A stretch of 64,000 nucleotides of DNA from Amoebophrya sp. A120 (GCA_905178155.1 CAJINV010000003.1:3839600-3903599); one strand, 5' to 3'. Numbered from the stretch's first letter, positions 10,253 through 22,710 are shown. The notes: generated from the sequence alone by a model not told the origin. Numbers and translations are program-made.

Positions 10253-13213
10253 GTGTCTACCTCTACGTTCCGCGAAAGCATGAGTGGCAACAAAGCGCGA
10301 CCGGAGATATCGGAGCTCAGGGGAAGGCCGCCCGGTATAAAAGCCGAAGACACATCAGCGTCTTCCGAGCGGCCACTGTTACGCTCGGTACAGAGTGGTA
10401 TGGGCCCTCGTCTTGTTAACAGCTCGCATCCGCGCGCCGAAGGCGGTTCAGCTTCCACGCCGGCGAACGGTCAGCAAGCCGATGCTGTCAATCGCGCAGT
10501 GCAATCCGTCGGTCCACTCCCCGGGATGAGCGCGTCGGCCAGGCCGCCACTGCGATCTGCGAGTGATAAAAATACCGCAAGCGTCCCTACGATTGATCTT
10601 GGCGCCACAGCAGTACACGACGGCAGTGCTCCCGTCGCCGTCACCAGTGACCGCCGCGCGGTCGACCGCGCGCTTTTATCAGATTCGTCGGATGCGGGGG
10701 ACAGCTCTTTTCTTGCAGACAATTCTGCTGCGGAACGAGGAGACGATTTACCGTCGGACTCGCAGGAGGACGCCGACGAAGACGATGCTGCAAATATTAA
10801 GCCCGAACCCGAGCAGGACGAGGGACTGCTCGACTTCGACGCGGACCACTTTGCAGAGGAGATGCTCGCAGAAGCGGATCAGGGACGGTTTGACCGCCCC
10901 GACGAACCGGTGGACGGGCAGAAGCACCGCCACCGGCCGAAGGTCGAGCCGAACTTTGTCGACGAGATTTCGTTGCACGACGCCGACCCCTCCGGCGAAG
11001 AGGAGCTTGTCGCCGCCGCGCCTTTGTACGGTCCCGGCCGCCCCGCGCCCACGGAGGGGGAGCTGGCGGAAATCGTCTCGTCCATCAGCAGCGGCGAGGA
11101 GGCGGAGACGAATTTTCACCAGTCTGCACTGCTGCACTTGCCGGAGGACGACCTTTCCACACTGAAGCTGGCGGCGCTGACCGAAGACCGCATGAACATG
11201 TCGAAGTCGGAACAGGACGCGATGTACGACGCGCAAGAGACGTGGTCGCTCTCCTCGCTGCATTCCGACGACCGCCCGCAGACGCCCCCGGTTGGGCAGG
11301 TGCGGGAGCACTGGGAGCGGGTGCGCGATCTGAACGCCGGCGCGCAGATGCAGCACGTCCGAAACTTACTCATGCTCCGGGCGCAGCTGCGTCGTCAGCT
11401 GCGGGAGCTTGAGAAGAAGGAAGCGGCGGAAGCCATGAGTGCGTACGACAAGAAGAGCGCGTCGTGGCTCCGCCAGTTCGAGAGGCAGCCCTCGGTTTCA
11501 CGGTGGAAGAGCGTGGTCTGCCAAAGCGGGCTGCGCGTGCCCGCCGTACACGCGCACTGGTCGTCCGGGTCCGAAAGTGAACGGGACCTCGTGGCGGAGT
11601 CGGCGGACCGGCTGTTGCCCCGCGGCGGACTACGGCCGCGCGAACTCTTCCCGACGGTGCACGAAGTGCGCCACCGCGACATTGCGCTGCGCCGGCTCGT
11701 GTCGGCGGCGAGGGAAGAAATTGCCCTGCGGGGACACGAGCTTGCGCAAGAGGACCGCGAGAAGCTTTTGTTCGAAATCGCCCAGCAACTGCACGCGAAG
11801 CACCAAGCAGCCACCGGGCAGAGCGGACTGGGGGCAGCGGGTCTTAGTGGAGTTGGAAGCGCAGCAGGTGGGAACACCAACTACATGGCCGCAGCTGGTG
11901 CATCCGGGGGCTTCGCTATGCGGCACCCGGTCGACGAGCCTGCGATGCACCAGGACGTGCTCTTGACGCACCACGCGCCCCCGTCGTGGAAAACAGCAGC
12001 TCCCGATGCTGGCAAGGCGATTGGGACAGACGGCCTGGAGCAGGCTTTACGCAAACTGGAGGCGGAACAACGCGACGCGCCCGTGCCGGTGCCGCAGACC
12101 AGTGAGGTGGGCTCGCAGCCGCTGAGTTTTCGATCGCAGGACTCCGCCCCGCGGGCGGGTCGGCACAAAATCAAGATCAAGTATTTGCCGGAGCCTCCCG
12201 GACCGCCCCCTGACCTGAGCAGTATCTTTCACCAGTTTGATTTGGTGCAGAAAGTCCCGAAAACCTATCCCGAGGACGAAGCCGCCGACCTGCTGGATTT
12301 GTCCGACGACGGGCCCAGCACATCGGATGAAGAGGCGGATCCGGGCACTATCCATGACCACCCGGGAAAGTACAAAGCGTGGAACGCCGCGACCGCGGAG
12401 GACGTGCGCGGCAACGCCGCCCTGGCAGTCAAGGGGGCGATGAATCCGGTGGCGAAGAAGGATATGCATCTGCGCGGCATGTTTGGATTCCAAACGGGCG
12501 CTCGCGGGGACGAGAAGCTCGTGCTCGATCAACAGAAGCAGGCACACGCCAATGCCTGGGACTGGCACGCCCAAGCGGAAGAGCCGAAGATAAAAAAGGG
12601 GCAACTTCTGTCGCAACAGTCTCCTGCAGCGAGGCAGACGGGAAGAACACGACCGGGATTGCAGTCCTCGAACTTTGGTGGCCCTCCTTCGAAACACGGA
12701 GACAATTTTGCAGGAGAAGTGCTGTCTGACTCTGTGGAGCTTCCGGACGATCTTCATCCCGACGTGACGGTGCGCACAGTGGCGAGTTATACGACCACGC
12801 GCACCACGCAGACACGTATACTGGGGGAGGGAGAAACTGCTCCTGCAGGACCACGTGAGATACCGCCGGGACACGCGAGGCCGAGCGGTGCGGGTGGTTC
12901 GCTGGAAAAATACCACTCCGCGGCGGGAGCGAAAGTGCCTCGGTTGCTCGAGGCGCTGGCCGAGATGGAGAACGCGCGACGGACCCGGCCGCACCAGGAT
13001 TCCGTGTACGTTGATGCCTGCCGGCATCGCGTCTTCGCGCATTCAAGCTCGGAGATCGGCCACGCCGCCTGGGAAAAGGTGCGTCGGTACGTGGGCCGAA
13101 ATCCCCGGGGGGTGTTGAAAAATCTGAAACGAGCGGCAGAAAGGAGCGCGGTTGAGAGGGAGCAGGAAAGGCAGATAGAGCAGGCGCGGACGATTCTTCA
13201 CGTGGGACAGTGA
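10253..13213 (+). CDS. Hypothetical protein (~980 aa; acidic/low-complexity with coiled-coil segments)
   Basis: Long uninterrupted ORF with coding-like composition. First ATG at 10280, and a possible acceptor CAG ends at 10252. No domain recognised. Confidence 0.75.
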   Translation: MSTSTFRESMSGNKARPEISELRGRPPGIKAEDTSASSERPLLRSVQSGMGPRLVNSSHPRAEGGSASTPANGQQADAVNRAVQSVGPLPGMSASARPPLRSASDKNTASVPTIDLGATAVHDGSAPVAVTSDRRAVDRALLSDSSDAGDSSFLADNSAAERGDDLPSDSQEDADEDDAANIKPEPEQDEGLLDFDADHFAEEMLAEADQGRFDRPDEPVDGQKHRHRPKVEPNFVDEISLHDADPSGEEELVAAAPLYGPGRPAPTEGELAEIVSSISSGEEAETNFHQSALLHLPEDDLSTLKLAALTEDRMNMSKSEQDAMYDAQETWSLSSLHSDDRPQTPPVGQVREHWERVRDLNAGAQMQHVRNLLMLRAQLRRQLRELEKKEAAEAMSAYDKKSASWLRQFERQPSVSRWKSVVCQSGLRVPAVHAHWSSGSESERDLVAESADRLLPRGGLRPRELFPTVHEVRHRDIALRRLVSAAREEIALRGHELAQEDREKLLFEIAQQLHAKHQAATGQSGLGAAGLSGVGSAAGGNTNYMAAAGASGGFAMRHPVDEPAMHQDVLLTHHAPPSWKTAAPDAGKAIGTDGLEQALRKLEAEQRDAPVPVPQTSEVGSQPLSFRSQDSAPRAGRHKIKIKYLPEPPGPPPDLSSIFHQFDLVQKVPKTYPEDEAADLLDLSDDGPSTSDEEADPGTIHDHPGKYKAWNAATAEDVRGNAALAVKGAMNPVAKKDMHLRGMFGFQTGARGDEKLVLDQQKQAHANAWDWHAQAEEPKIKKGQLLSQQSPAARQTGRTRPGLQSSNFGGPPSKHGDNFAGEVLSDSVELPDDLHPDVTVRTVASYTTTRTTQTRILGEGETAPAGPREIPPGHARPSGAGGSLEKYHSAAGAKVPRLLEALAEMENARRTRPHQDSVYVDACRHRVFAHSSSEIGHAAWEKVRRYVGRNPRGVLKNLKRAAERSAVEREQERQIEQARTILHVGQ

Positions 13214-14075
13214 TTGAAGTTGCGTATTTTGTACGCAGCGTCTTATTTTTTAGCGTTTCAAAGTCTGATTTCTTCCGAAAAGGAAGTTTCTCAGGGTTCT
13301 ACGCCTTCTTTATTCGATGATAAAAGGAGATGAGCTACATCGTTCTACTTCCGTTTGACGCAGAGTTGCGAACTCACTACAGAACGTAAATCTCTGCTCA
13401 GGTATTTTGATTTTTTGCTACACTGGTGGTAGCAGGCAACGATGGAAAACAAACGCATCCAACCGAACAAACAACGAAGCTGTGACCTTTGTCGCCTCTT
13501 TTTGTTCGTCCGATCCATGAGCAAGATTGCGCTGTGGCTAAATGTGGCTTCTGAGTTCCCCCGAAACTGTACTGCAGATCTATCATTCCTCTATCCGATC
13601 TTGTCTTCAGATGAAAATGCACTTGCCAAAATCGGTCTGTTTGGTTCAACAAGAGATCAAAGAATTAGCTCCAGGATTAGATAAAAAGGTTCTCAATCTA
13701 CTCTGGTTTGTTCGGTTGCAAATGAGCGTCAATTCGTGTGGAACAGACGATCAAGATCTTCATCAGCGTGGAATGGCACAGGCGCTCGCACTTCGAAATA
13801 TTCACCTGCAGATCAACATAGCGATTAAGATTGTTACAGCTTAACAAGTATTCATTGTGCCGTTTATGCACGCTGCCCTTTCAAGTGAGCCTATCTTTTT
13901 CAATTATTCTTATTCCATCACATTGATTCATAAGTAAAAGTATTGACTTCTATACTTACACGCACCTAATTGTGGACGTAAGCGAACGGCGCGTATCGTC
14001 AACTATCGGGAAGATTTGCACTGCAGATTATTCATAAGAACCTAAATCTATTGAACTATCTAGAAATTTTCCATC

Positions 14076-16785
14076 ATGGTGGGAGTAAAATCGCCTTTGC
14101 TAACGCTTTTTCTCTCTTCCAGCACGGTCCACGGGAGTGCCGCCGTCCGCCGGCCGAGATCCAGAAGTTGTAGTGCCGCAAGCGATTCGCATTCGGATTC
14201 TGAGGAATCGATGCACTTTTCCGACGCTCCGAGTCAAGGGGCCGCGTCTACCAACACAGGGCCAGAAGCCGAAACAGACGAAGCTTGGGTGGAGAGGGTG
14301 CTCCGGGAACTTGGCGAGGAGGAAGGATGGTTCCTCGCAGAAAGTGAAACGGTTGACGAGCAGAACCTCGCTGGTGCCAGGAGCCCGCGGAGTCGCCACA
14401 ATATTTCTTTTTGTCCTGCGACACCGCCGGAAGTAGGAACAGACTTCACTGGAGATTATGCGACGGAGACCTCAGAAAGCCCGGATGTATCGTCCTTACC
14501 GAGTGACCATCCGCGGGTATTTGGCAGCTTTTTGTTCGATCTTTTGCTCCGCGTTAGTGACTGTGCCTACGATGACGCAGACAGGGGGCGCAGGCAACGC
14601 AATTCGGCGCCTCCCGGGCGGGACCCGCGGAGAATCCCTCTGGCGCATGACTTTCGTCCGCCGCTCGGTCCGGAGGATCTTCCCCTTCCGGCTGGGAGCG
14701 ACTACTTGGAGGTGGATGAAAATAAGGACTTTTTCGAAATCGGCCCCACCCTGAGGCCGCTGGAAAGTACTACAGACTGGTATACGAATGCGGCACACAG
14801 CTGTCGCCTGGCTTCCGTTCCCCCGCTGCTCGACAAGGGGTCGCCCTACACTGAGATTATTGCGCATCTCGCCTCGTACACCACACTGGACGCCGTGTGG
14901 AAACCGCTCGGTCCGGAGCGGTTCCGCATCGAAGCCGAGAGACTGCGAGCGTCTGTGGCGAGGAACACAACTCTAGCGGACGGCCACCAAATGCCCGGCG
15001 CAGGAGCCTCGTATCCTGACGATGTACGACCGGTCACTTTCCACGGCGTTCCGCCGTCCCACTTGCACGAGGACGGAACTTTTCTCTACCAAAGATCTCG
15101 GAACGTTTCAGCTCACGGGCGCCTCTGGTTTCGGGGGCGAGACGATGAGGTCGATGGGCGCGGCGCGGGTTTGTCTCCTCCGGCGCAAGAGAGGCTTTTG
15201 CCTCCTCCGGACGGCGGGAGCAAGTATGAGGTCGCCCAGCTGTCCAAGGACGGCGTCTACTCCCTGCTGGTACAGGTGCTCAATCGGGTCAACAGGATGC
15301 AGCGCCTTCTGTGGAGGAGCGGTACTTGTTTCTCAAGACCATTTTCGACGATGAGCACCGGTGCGAATCGTGCGAACTTAATCGCTCGAGACGCCCGCGA
15401 AGAGGAGCGCACCGTGGTGGGCCTGGGCGATTCGGCCGTCCTCCGTAAAGAACTTTGGCAGGGAATTTGCGGTCGGGAAAATGCGCGGAAGAACTTGCAG
15501 CGGCTCACGAGGGTAGCAGGCAGCGACAGGCGGCTTTCCGCAAAGGAAAAGCGACAGCTGCGCCGGAGCGGCCTGAGGCCGACGCGGAGTAGGACAGATC
15601 CCACGGAACTTGCCTGGCGCATGGATCCAACCGTACGAGTCGAGCAGGAAGAGGCCGATCGTGTTGCGTTCCCTCCCGACAACCCAAGGAATGCGCTGTC
15701 AAAGGAAGCAATCGATCGTTTGCTGCCTCCAGACCAAGTCCAGATGCAAGAAGGGGTGGGCAACGCAATCGTCTACGAGCAGACCTTGCAGCCCGCCTTC
15801 AGCCGAGATCGGTTGCAGCAACTTCAGGAAACGCAAAAAAAACATTTGCTGAGGATCCGCCCGCTTCTGTACGCGAAAGGGAGTCAGTACCTCGAGCGCG
15901 GTGGAGCGCCGCACTTGCGGCCGTGGTTCCAGCCGCGGCGTCGCTCTCGGGCGCGTAAAGTGTTTGACGCGGTGTCGTCGTGCTTGGGAGAAAGTATGGC
16001 AGAGCCGGACTACGACGTAATAAATGGCGGTGTGTATTACAGGTCCGGACTCAACAGAGAAATCGACTTTGAGCCCGGGGAGGAGCACTTCCTGACGCAG
16101 GAGGAGCTCACGGATCGCGTCCAGCCCGTACTGTATGCGTTTCTCGAGGAAGTGAAGGCGTACTTGCTGTACGAGCTTGCGTCCCGGTCGCTGCCCTACC
16201 GGCTGGGCGGGCGGGAGCCGTGTAGCGGGTGCTGCGGTGAGTCAGATCCTAGCGTTTCCGAACGGGTGCGCAAGGGTCACGAGTCGACACGCAGCTGTAG
16301 CAATTCTGCAGGACTTCTTGCGCGCGCGGCGTGTCCGGGGCTTTGCTGCCCGAGTGTTGCGAGCTGCCCTGGCTTGATGCCGGGCATGGCTTGTGCTGCC
16401 TGTCCGACTGCAATTAGTAACTGCATCCTCGGCGATGCCCTCATTCCCAACTTGCAAAGGGCGTCACGACGTCGGATCGAAGCGGTCGCGAGGCTGCGAC
16501 TACCGCTAGAGTATCAAATGCAAAAATGTCTGGGTCTGGAAGATTGCCAGGTTTGTCATGCATATTTCGAATTACCGGTGATGTCTGTGATGCATGCCCT
16601 AGCATCACAGATTTTTAGAAGACTTTGTGATGCCTCTACCGCATGAAAAATGCCCTCTCCACGTAGCACAAAATGGAGTCCTTTTGCTGGTCATGCAATA
16701 CAAATTTTTTTAGAATCCAGAGACAGCATTACAAGTTTAGAATCTTCCAGACCCAGACATTTTTACATTTGATATAGAGTTCTAG
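14076..16785 (+). CDS. Hypothetical protein with hydrophobic N-terminus and Cys-rich C-terminus, paralog 1
   Basis: ORF from ATG 14076. After removing introner 16512-16774 it ends LIPNLQRASRRRIEAVARLRLPLEF* (TAG 16783-16785). It shares blocks with the next gene (LPSDxPRVFGSFLFDL, GSPYTEI, LGPERFRxEAE, DGVYSxLVQVL, SRTDPTE, AFLEEVK). Confidence 0.85.
16512..16774. mobile_element. Introner/MITE family A, copy 2 (263 bp)
   Basis: TIR TATCAAATGCAAAAATGTCTGGGTCTGGAAGATT...AATCTTCCAGACCCAGACATTTTTACATTTGATA. TSD TAGAG at 16507-16511 and 16775-16779. Confidence 0.93.
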
Positions 16786-17928
16786 ACGACGACTGTACAG
16801 GCACCCGAGTGGAATGGACTTTTCTCTATTTCTTGAAGTAAATGAGTTCGTTTTGACTTTCTGATGAACTTGAAGTCGCTTTTTTGTCTTTCTATTTTAC
16901 AGTACTACCTGGGCTGCGGCTTGACGATAATTTTATAGCACTGATAACGGCACTCACTTTGTAGAATTGATCCTGGAAAGCTCGCTTGGTAGAAAAAGAA
17001 GGAACCTATGCTGCAAGGAGTATTTGAGCCGCTCCTGCATTTGTTTGAGTTGTATTCTATTCTCGTCAGCGAACTGATACGAGCCTCGACCTCCAAGAAG
17101 AACATAATCTGTAAGTGTAGTATGCTGTCAAGCATTGGAGGCCGAGAAGAGCGTATCTACTATGCAAGTCCGATAATGTTGTTGCCATAATGTTGTGGGT
17201 TTCTCAGCACCTTCATATTCATGGGAATATGCTCGCATTAATACCGCCGGTAGCTGTTGGACCAATTCCAATACCAGCTGAATGGAGAAGCGTTTCCGCG
17301 AACTAAGTTTGTGGAGTTCGACAGGTTGTTCAACCGACGCAATTCTAGAACTTTTTCATTCACCCTTGCTTGAGGTACTTCTCTTGCGGGCTGTGAAAGA
17401 CATTAGAAATAACGGTGGAAACGGCGCTGTGATTTTTCTGTCAGGTGGTGCCGTTCTGCTCTTCCGCTTGGAAATCCCGATAAACTGATGTGATGTGTTT
17501 TGACCCCCGACACAGATCCGATCTGTCATTGATCTAGATGGTTAGGAGACTATACACAGATCTTGCTGCTAGTGGTCTTCGATTTAACCCTAAGACAGAT
17601 CGATTTTATCGTGATACATATAACAACTACAAATCTTCCACGCCCTATCGCTTCAGGTCTTAACAAATCAATGTAGTTACGCTTGCGTATTTTAATGTTG
17701 CGGGTCGTTCAGAAAGAAGCTCAAAAACTACAAATATATCTGGTAAAGAAGAGTTACCGTGGAAAAGTGAACGATTGCTGCAGCGAAGAATTACCGTGAG
17801 ACTGCAGTGGATCTTTTAGGGCCTTGAATTTTTGACGTCATGCCCGGGCATGGAAAGAAAGAAAGAAAGCGAGCGACTTTTCACCTTCTCGCCCTTCCCC
17901 CACATACATAAAAATATTTCTTAAACGC

Positions 17929-20681
17929 ATGATAATTTTTGGCGCAACAACTACAGAAGAAAAAATGAGGACTCGGCTCCGAGGAATCTTTCTCGCCGCG
18001 CGGGCTATACTAGTACCCACGTCGATCTACAACATTGATGGAGCGCATGTTGTATCACCACCTACCACAGACGGCTGTGGAGACAGCGACGCAAGCTCTT
18101 GCTCGTCTGTCGAGTACTGCGACGAAGTTGATTACCAGGACCGAGAACTTTTTGAAATTCAGCGACCGTCACCGGAGTCCAATTCGAATTTTTGCGAACA
18201 TGGGGCTTCTGACTGGCTTGCGCGCGTGCTCCACGAACTTGAAGAAGAGTGGGCGCTCGATGCCGCAACAAGCGAAGCGGGGGCGGAAGTGTCCGACCGG
18301 ACTGATCATTTTAGACCCCAGCAGTCACCTGTCTCTGGTGCCGGTGAGGCGGACGCGCAGCAACATGGGCCAATAGACGCTGGCGTGCTGGAAAATAGTA
18401 CCCATCTACCGAGTGACGACCCGCGGGTATTCGGAAGTTTTTTGTTTGATTTGGTCCTGCAGCTGGACGCAGAGAGGTTGCGGTGCGCGTATTTCGCTCC
18501 CGACGGCGTTGGCGATGCGGACGTTATGACTCTCTCAAATCGGGACTTTAACGAGATAGGTCCCGTTTTGGGAAAGAGCAGCATAAACTGGCCGGCGTGT
18601 CCTGAGACGGCGAACCACTGTTGTGCGTGTTGCACCACGTCTGCTTCTATCAAATGTAAAAATGTCTGGGTCTGGAAGAATGCGAGGTCTGTCATGCGTG
18701 TCTGGCATGACTGAAAAGTTTGTGATGCGTGTCCAAGATGAGACCCGTATACTTGTCATGCACAAACCCACTTTGTCATGCGGAAAGCGCTATACTAAGC
18801 AGCGCGGATATTTCTCATGCTTGGCTGTGCATTACAGAGCATTCACTCTTCCCAACCTTGCATTACAAGCTTCCAGACCCAGACATTTTTACAGTTGATA
18901 GCTTCGCTCGAGGACCGCGGGTCTCCGTACACGGAGATCGTGGGTTTGCTTGCGTCCTACGCTACGCCTGACGGAATCTGGAAGGCGCTCGGACCAGAGA
19001 GGTTTCGGGTAGAGGCGGAGAAGGAAGCCGCGTCAGGACTTCGTCCGGGCGGTAGAAGGGCGTGGTCCGCGTCGGGGGAGGAGAGGAAGCTGAAACAAGG
19101 AAAAGACGACGGCAGTAGACCAGAACACTTTCGTGGGGTGCCGGCACCACACCTTCACGAAGGTGGGGCGTTTCTCTTCCGGCAGGTCAATCCGGAATCT
19201 GACGACTTGCAAGAAATCCGGTATGGTTATCGCAGCATTTTTAGCTGGACGCGCGGCCGCGACGACATCGAGGACGAGGACCCTGAAAGCGGTTTTTTAC
19301 AACGCGATCGTCCGCCCCCTGGACAGGAGGCGATGTTGCGGGATGGAGATACGAGTCAATACAGATTTGCCGGACTGTCTGACGATGGCGTCTATTCAAT
19401 CCTGGTCCAGGTTCTGGGTCGCGTTCGGAGAATGCAGCGGCTTTTGCTTTCCGGGTCCGGGGGTCCGAGCTCGCAGACTACAAGCAGTATTGGCGAAAGC
19501 GGGAGAGCAGGCAGCTTTGATGAAGATGAAAACGACGAGAAGCGGTCTGTTTTCGGCTTGGGTGAATCAGCCATGGTTTGCCACGAACTTGCAACGGGGA
19601 TTTGCAGTGGGGAAAATGTTAGCTACGGGCTCAAGAAATTGTTGACGGGGAAGGGTGCCTTTTCGGGGCCGACGCCTAGCGACGTTTACCGCCTGCGCCG
19701 GTTGGGTTGGGTGCGACGGCGGAGCCGCACGGACCCGACGGAGGTTGTTTGGACGAAGGATTCGAATGCGCCGGACCCGCGCAGCCTCCCGCGTGAGGAT
19801 GTGGAAGTCTTGCAGGTCTTGCCGCCTGCGCAAGTGGAAATGCAGCAGCCTCAGAATGATCTCGCGCCAGGCAGCGAAGCGACGCGGCCGGCTCTTAGCG
19901 ATCGACGACTCGCACAGATCCAGCGTGTGCAGCAGTGGTATACAGTTGCGCAGCGGCCTCTGTTGTACTCGAAGTATGATATGTGGATTCATAAAAAGCC
20001 GTGGTATCGGCCACAACGGCGTGGCTGGAAGGCGGCGGTTCGTGACAGGGTGGCGGACTGCTGTTGGGGCCCTGTAACGGAAGGTCTGCGCGATTGCTGC
20101 CTCGGCAGAGATAGTGCCAATGCGCAGGACCCGCAGACCAGACTCTATTTCCGTTCCGGTATGAACGCAGGCCCCGTAGCGGACGTGATCACGGACGACT
20201 TGGACCTTCCGCTTTCCGAGGAGGAAGGTTTTTTGACCACGCAAGAGTTGCAGGATTACGTGAGCCCCGTTCTCCATGCGTTTTTAGAGGAGGTGAAGTC
20301 ATTTTTGCTCTATCGCCTCACGGAGCTGTCGTTTCCGTATCGGCTTTGCGGCAAGAATCCCTGTGGCGGTCTACTTTTCGGAGAAGCGCCAGAGGTGGTC
20401 CAGACCGCGCCTCCGGGGGAGCAGCATCCATGCTGTTGTTGTGTTCCCCCCGCGGAAGACTGCAGCAGCAACGCCGCGGCCGCCTGCGTCGCAGCGTGGC
20501 TACCAGTCTGCTGTGGCTTCTGGTGTTGCCCGCTTCCGAAGGTGGAAGTAGGTCTCTTCACTGCAACTATTGGCAAAGGTCTCCTTCCTGCACCGGCCGA
20601 CTGTGCGAAAACCTGCGTCCTGCAGGATGTCCTGCTTCCGAAATTGCAGCGAGCTGCCCGTCTCCGTATAGAGGCCGTTGC
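17929..20681 (+). CDS. Hypothetical Cys-rich protein, paralog 2; its 3' end is interrupted by the repeat/insert array and the native last codons lie at 24594-24615
   Basis: ORFs 17929-18714 and 18817-20928 join after removing introner 18648-18900 (T-S-A-S-L-E-D-R-G-S-P-Y-T-E-I). Colinear with paralog 1 up to PKLQRAARLRIEAVA. The expected continuation RLRL... followed by a stop is found after the fifth repeat. Confidence 0.85.
18648..18900. mobile_element. Introner/MITE family A, copy 3 (253 bp), inverted relative to copy 1
   Basis: TIR TATCAAATGTAAAAATGTCTGGGTCTGGAAG...CTTCCAGACCCAGACATTTTTACAGTTGATA. TSD GCTTC at 18643-18647 and 18901-18905. The interior resembles the reverse complement of copy 1. 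Confidence 0.93.
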
Positions 20682-21812
20682 AGCTGTTCTCCTGATTGGC
20701 CTTCTTCTGCGCCGTCCTCCCGCAAGCGTTCTCCATACACCAAGGGCACCAGCGGCTGCACCCACTGCAACACATTCTGGTTCCCCTCCGCCAGTGCGAC
20801 GAGAATACGGTAGGCGTTCAGGGTTTCGGTCGCGCCGAGCTGCTTCTCGACCAGTGGCAGCGAGTTCACCAAAATCGTGGCAATCAGGAATTTATCCTGT
20901 GCAAAAGTATCGTACTGTACTCGTATAAATGCTAACGCATTACAAATTTCCTCAGCATGAGAAATAAAATTTAAATTTCTACCTTAAGGAAAAGATTTGT
21001 ATATGCATGATTGCAATATATACCAGTACGATACTTTTGCACAGGATAGAATTGGTACCAGGATTTTGAAAACTTCGGAAAATCAGCGGCAGTAGAGGAG
21101 GTCGATGTTCCGGGAGGAGGTTTGGTACCGCTGCCTTCTTTGTGGTCTGCTACTTGTGCCCCAACAGCACTAGCTTTCGACGAGTCCTGCTCCCTCCACG
21201 TGCTGTCCGTAGCACCACCTCCATTCCCGACGTGACCACTGAAGTAGTCCGGCGGTGCGGACAAGATGCACAGTCCGTCCTGCACCAATCGGGAGTAGAG
21301 TTCGAAGCAAAACTTTCGGTGGTCGGTGGGTAGGACCGTGGAATCCAGAAAACCCGCGTAATATTCCACGTGCTCCCATTCCTCTGGATGCAATACCTTT
21401 TCGTACAGGCAGGCGAGAGCAAATTCATTTCCACCGCACAGAAAGAGGTAAAAACATGCTACCGCGGTGCGGAACAAAAGAGCGCAGAGGGCCCCCGCGT
21501 TGTAGGGGTCGTGACTGGACCTCGAATGGTGCGTGACGGAGCAACATCTTCCGCTCTTGAGTTTACCCCACGCGGACGGAGGCAAATAATGTTGGAAGAA
21601 AGACCGCAGGCGAACTCTTCGCTTTCTTTCTCGCGTTCTAGTCCTGCGGCGCCATCTGCAGCTTCCGGAACATCTGCCTCGTCCTGGACGATGTAACATC
21701 GTCCATGTTGCAGCATCACCTCGTGGCTCTTGTGCACTTCGTGCCGGGGCCGCATCTGCACGGCCGCGAGACACTGCCTTATTGCCCTCCGTTCCTCCAC
21801 GGCACATCGCAT
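20682..21812 (-). pseudogene. Captured minus-strand gene fragment (insert 1), truncated at repeat 1
   Basis: Minus ORFs 20971-21807 and 20567-20872 join after removing introner 20893-21048 (FSKSWYQF-LIATILVNSLPLVEKQLG...). No own stop before the repeat. It is the only convincing minus-strand coding sequence in the window. Confidence 0.6.
20893..21048. mobile_element. Introner/MITE family B, copy 2 (156 bp)
   Basis: Perfect 25-bp TIR TATCCTGTGCAAAAGTATCGTACTG. TSD GAATT at 20888-20892 and 21049-21053. The interior (CCTCAGCRTGAGAAATAAAATTT) is shared with 4884-5028. Confidence 0.93.
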
Positions 21813-22406
21813 GGCGCTTCTGAGAGGATTGGAACGGAACGGCCCAGCCTCACACCTTCCTTGTATTTCTGGTTTTGCAGTTCTTCCTGGCTCGGCCTAA
21901 AATACTTAAAGTTTAAGTATTTTAGGCCGACCGCGATATACTACTAAAATACTCTGGTTTAAACCAGAGTCAACGATGTTAGCACTCCTCACGACGGACC
22001 AACCGCGATCATGTGCTCTTAGAAGTCGTCGAACCCTCCAATGGGTTGCCGTTTTCTGGCGTACTGGCTGTCGCGACCGAAGAAGCCAATGCAGGCCAAC
22101 ACGACACTGACCAGCAAGGCAAGTAACACGTAGTAGGCAAACATGATTTTTCCGAAATTGCAGCGAGCTGCCCGTCTCCGTATAGAGGCTTCGCTGCTTC
22201 GAGGCTTGTCGCGCGGCCTTGGCCTCGGCTTTGGGGCTTAGCGGCGGCTCTGGGGCTTGGCCGCGCGGTCTCGACTTTGGTTTGGGGCTTTGCCGCGGGC
22301 GCGACCTCGGCCCTAGGGCTTTGGCGCGCGGTCTCGGCTTTGCTTGGCGGCTGCCCGCGCGGCCCCGGCTTTGGGTTGGGCTTAGGGTTTCGGCTTAGAT
22401 AATAAG

Positions 22407-22640
22407 CATAGCGAATAACAATAGCGAATAATAATAGCGAATAACAATAGCGAATAACAATAACTAATAGCAATAACTAATAGCAATTAGTCACTGTAAT
22501 TAGTCATTGTAATTAGTCAGTGTAATTAGTCATTGCAATTAGTCATTGTAATTAGTCATTGTAATCAGTCATTGTAATTAGTCATTGTAATTAGTCATTG
22601 TAATTAGTCATTGTAATTAGTCATTGTAATAGCGGATACT
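22407..22640. repeat. 13-bp-period compound minisatellite
   Basis: AATAGCGAATAAC-type x4, AATAACTAATAGC x2, AATTAGTCATTGT-type x11 (22485-22627), then AATAGCGGATACT, all in unbroken 13-bp phase. Confidence 0.9.
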
Positions 22641-22645
22641 TGTCT

Positions 22646-22710
22646 TTTATATGTCTTCGCACTAGCTATTTACATGTCTTCGCACTTATTTACATGTCTT
22701 CGCACTTATA
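22646..22710. repeat. Short tandem repeat, three copies of ~20-22 bp (TTTAYATGTCTTCGCACT core)
   Basis: Directly visible just before repeat 3. Confidence 0.8.
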
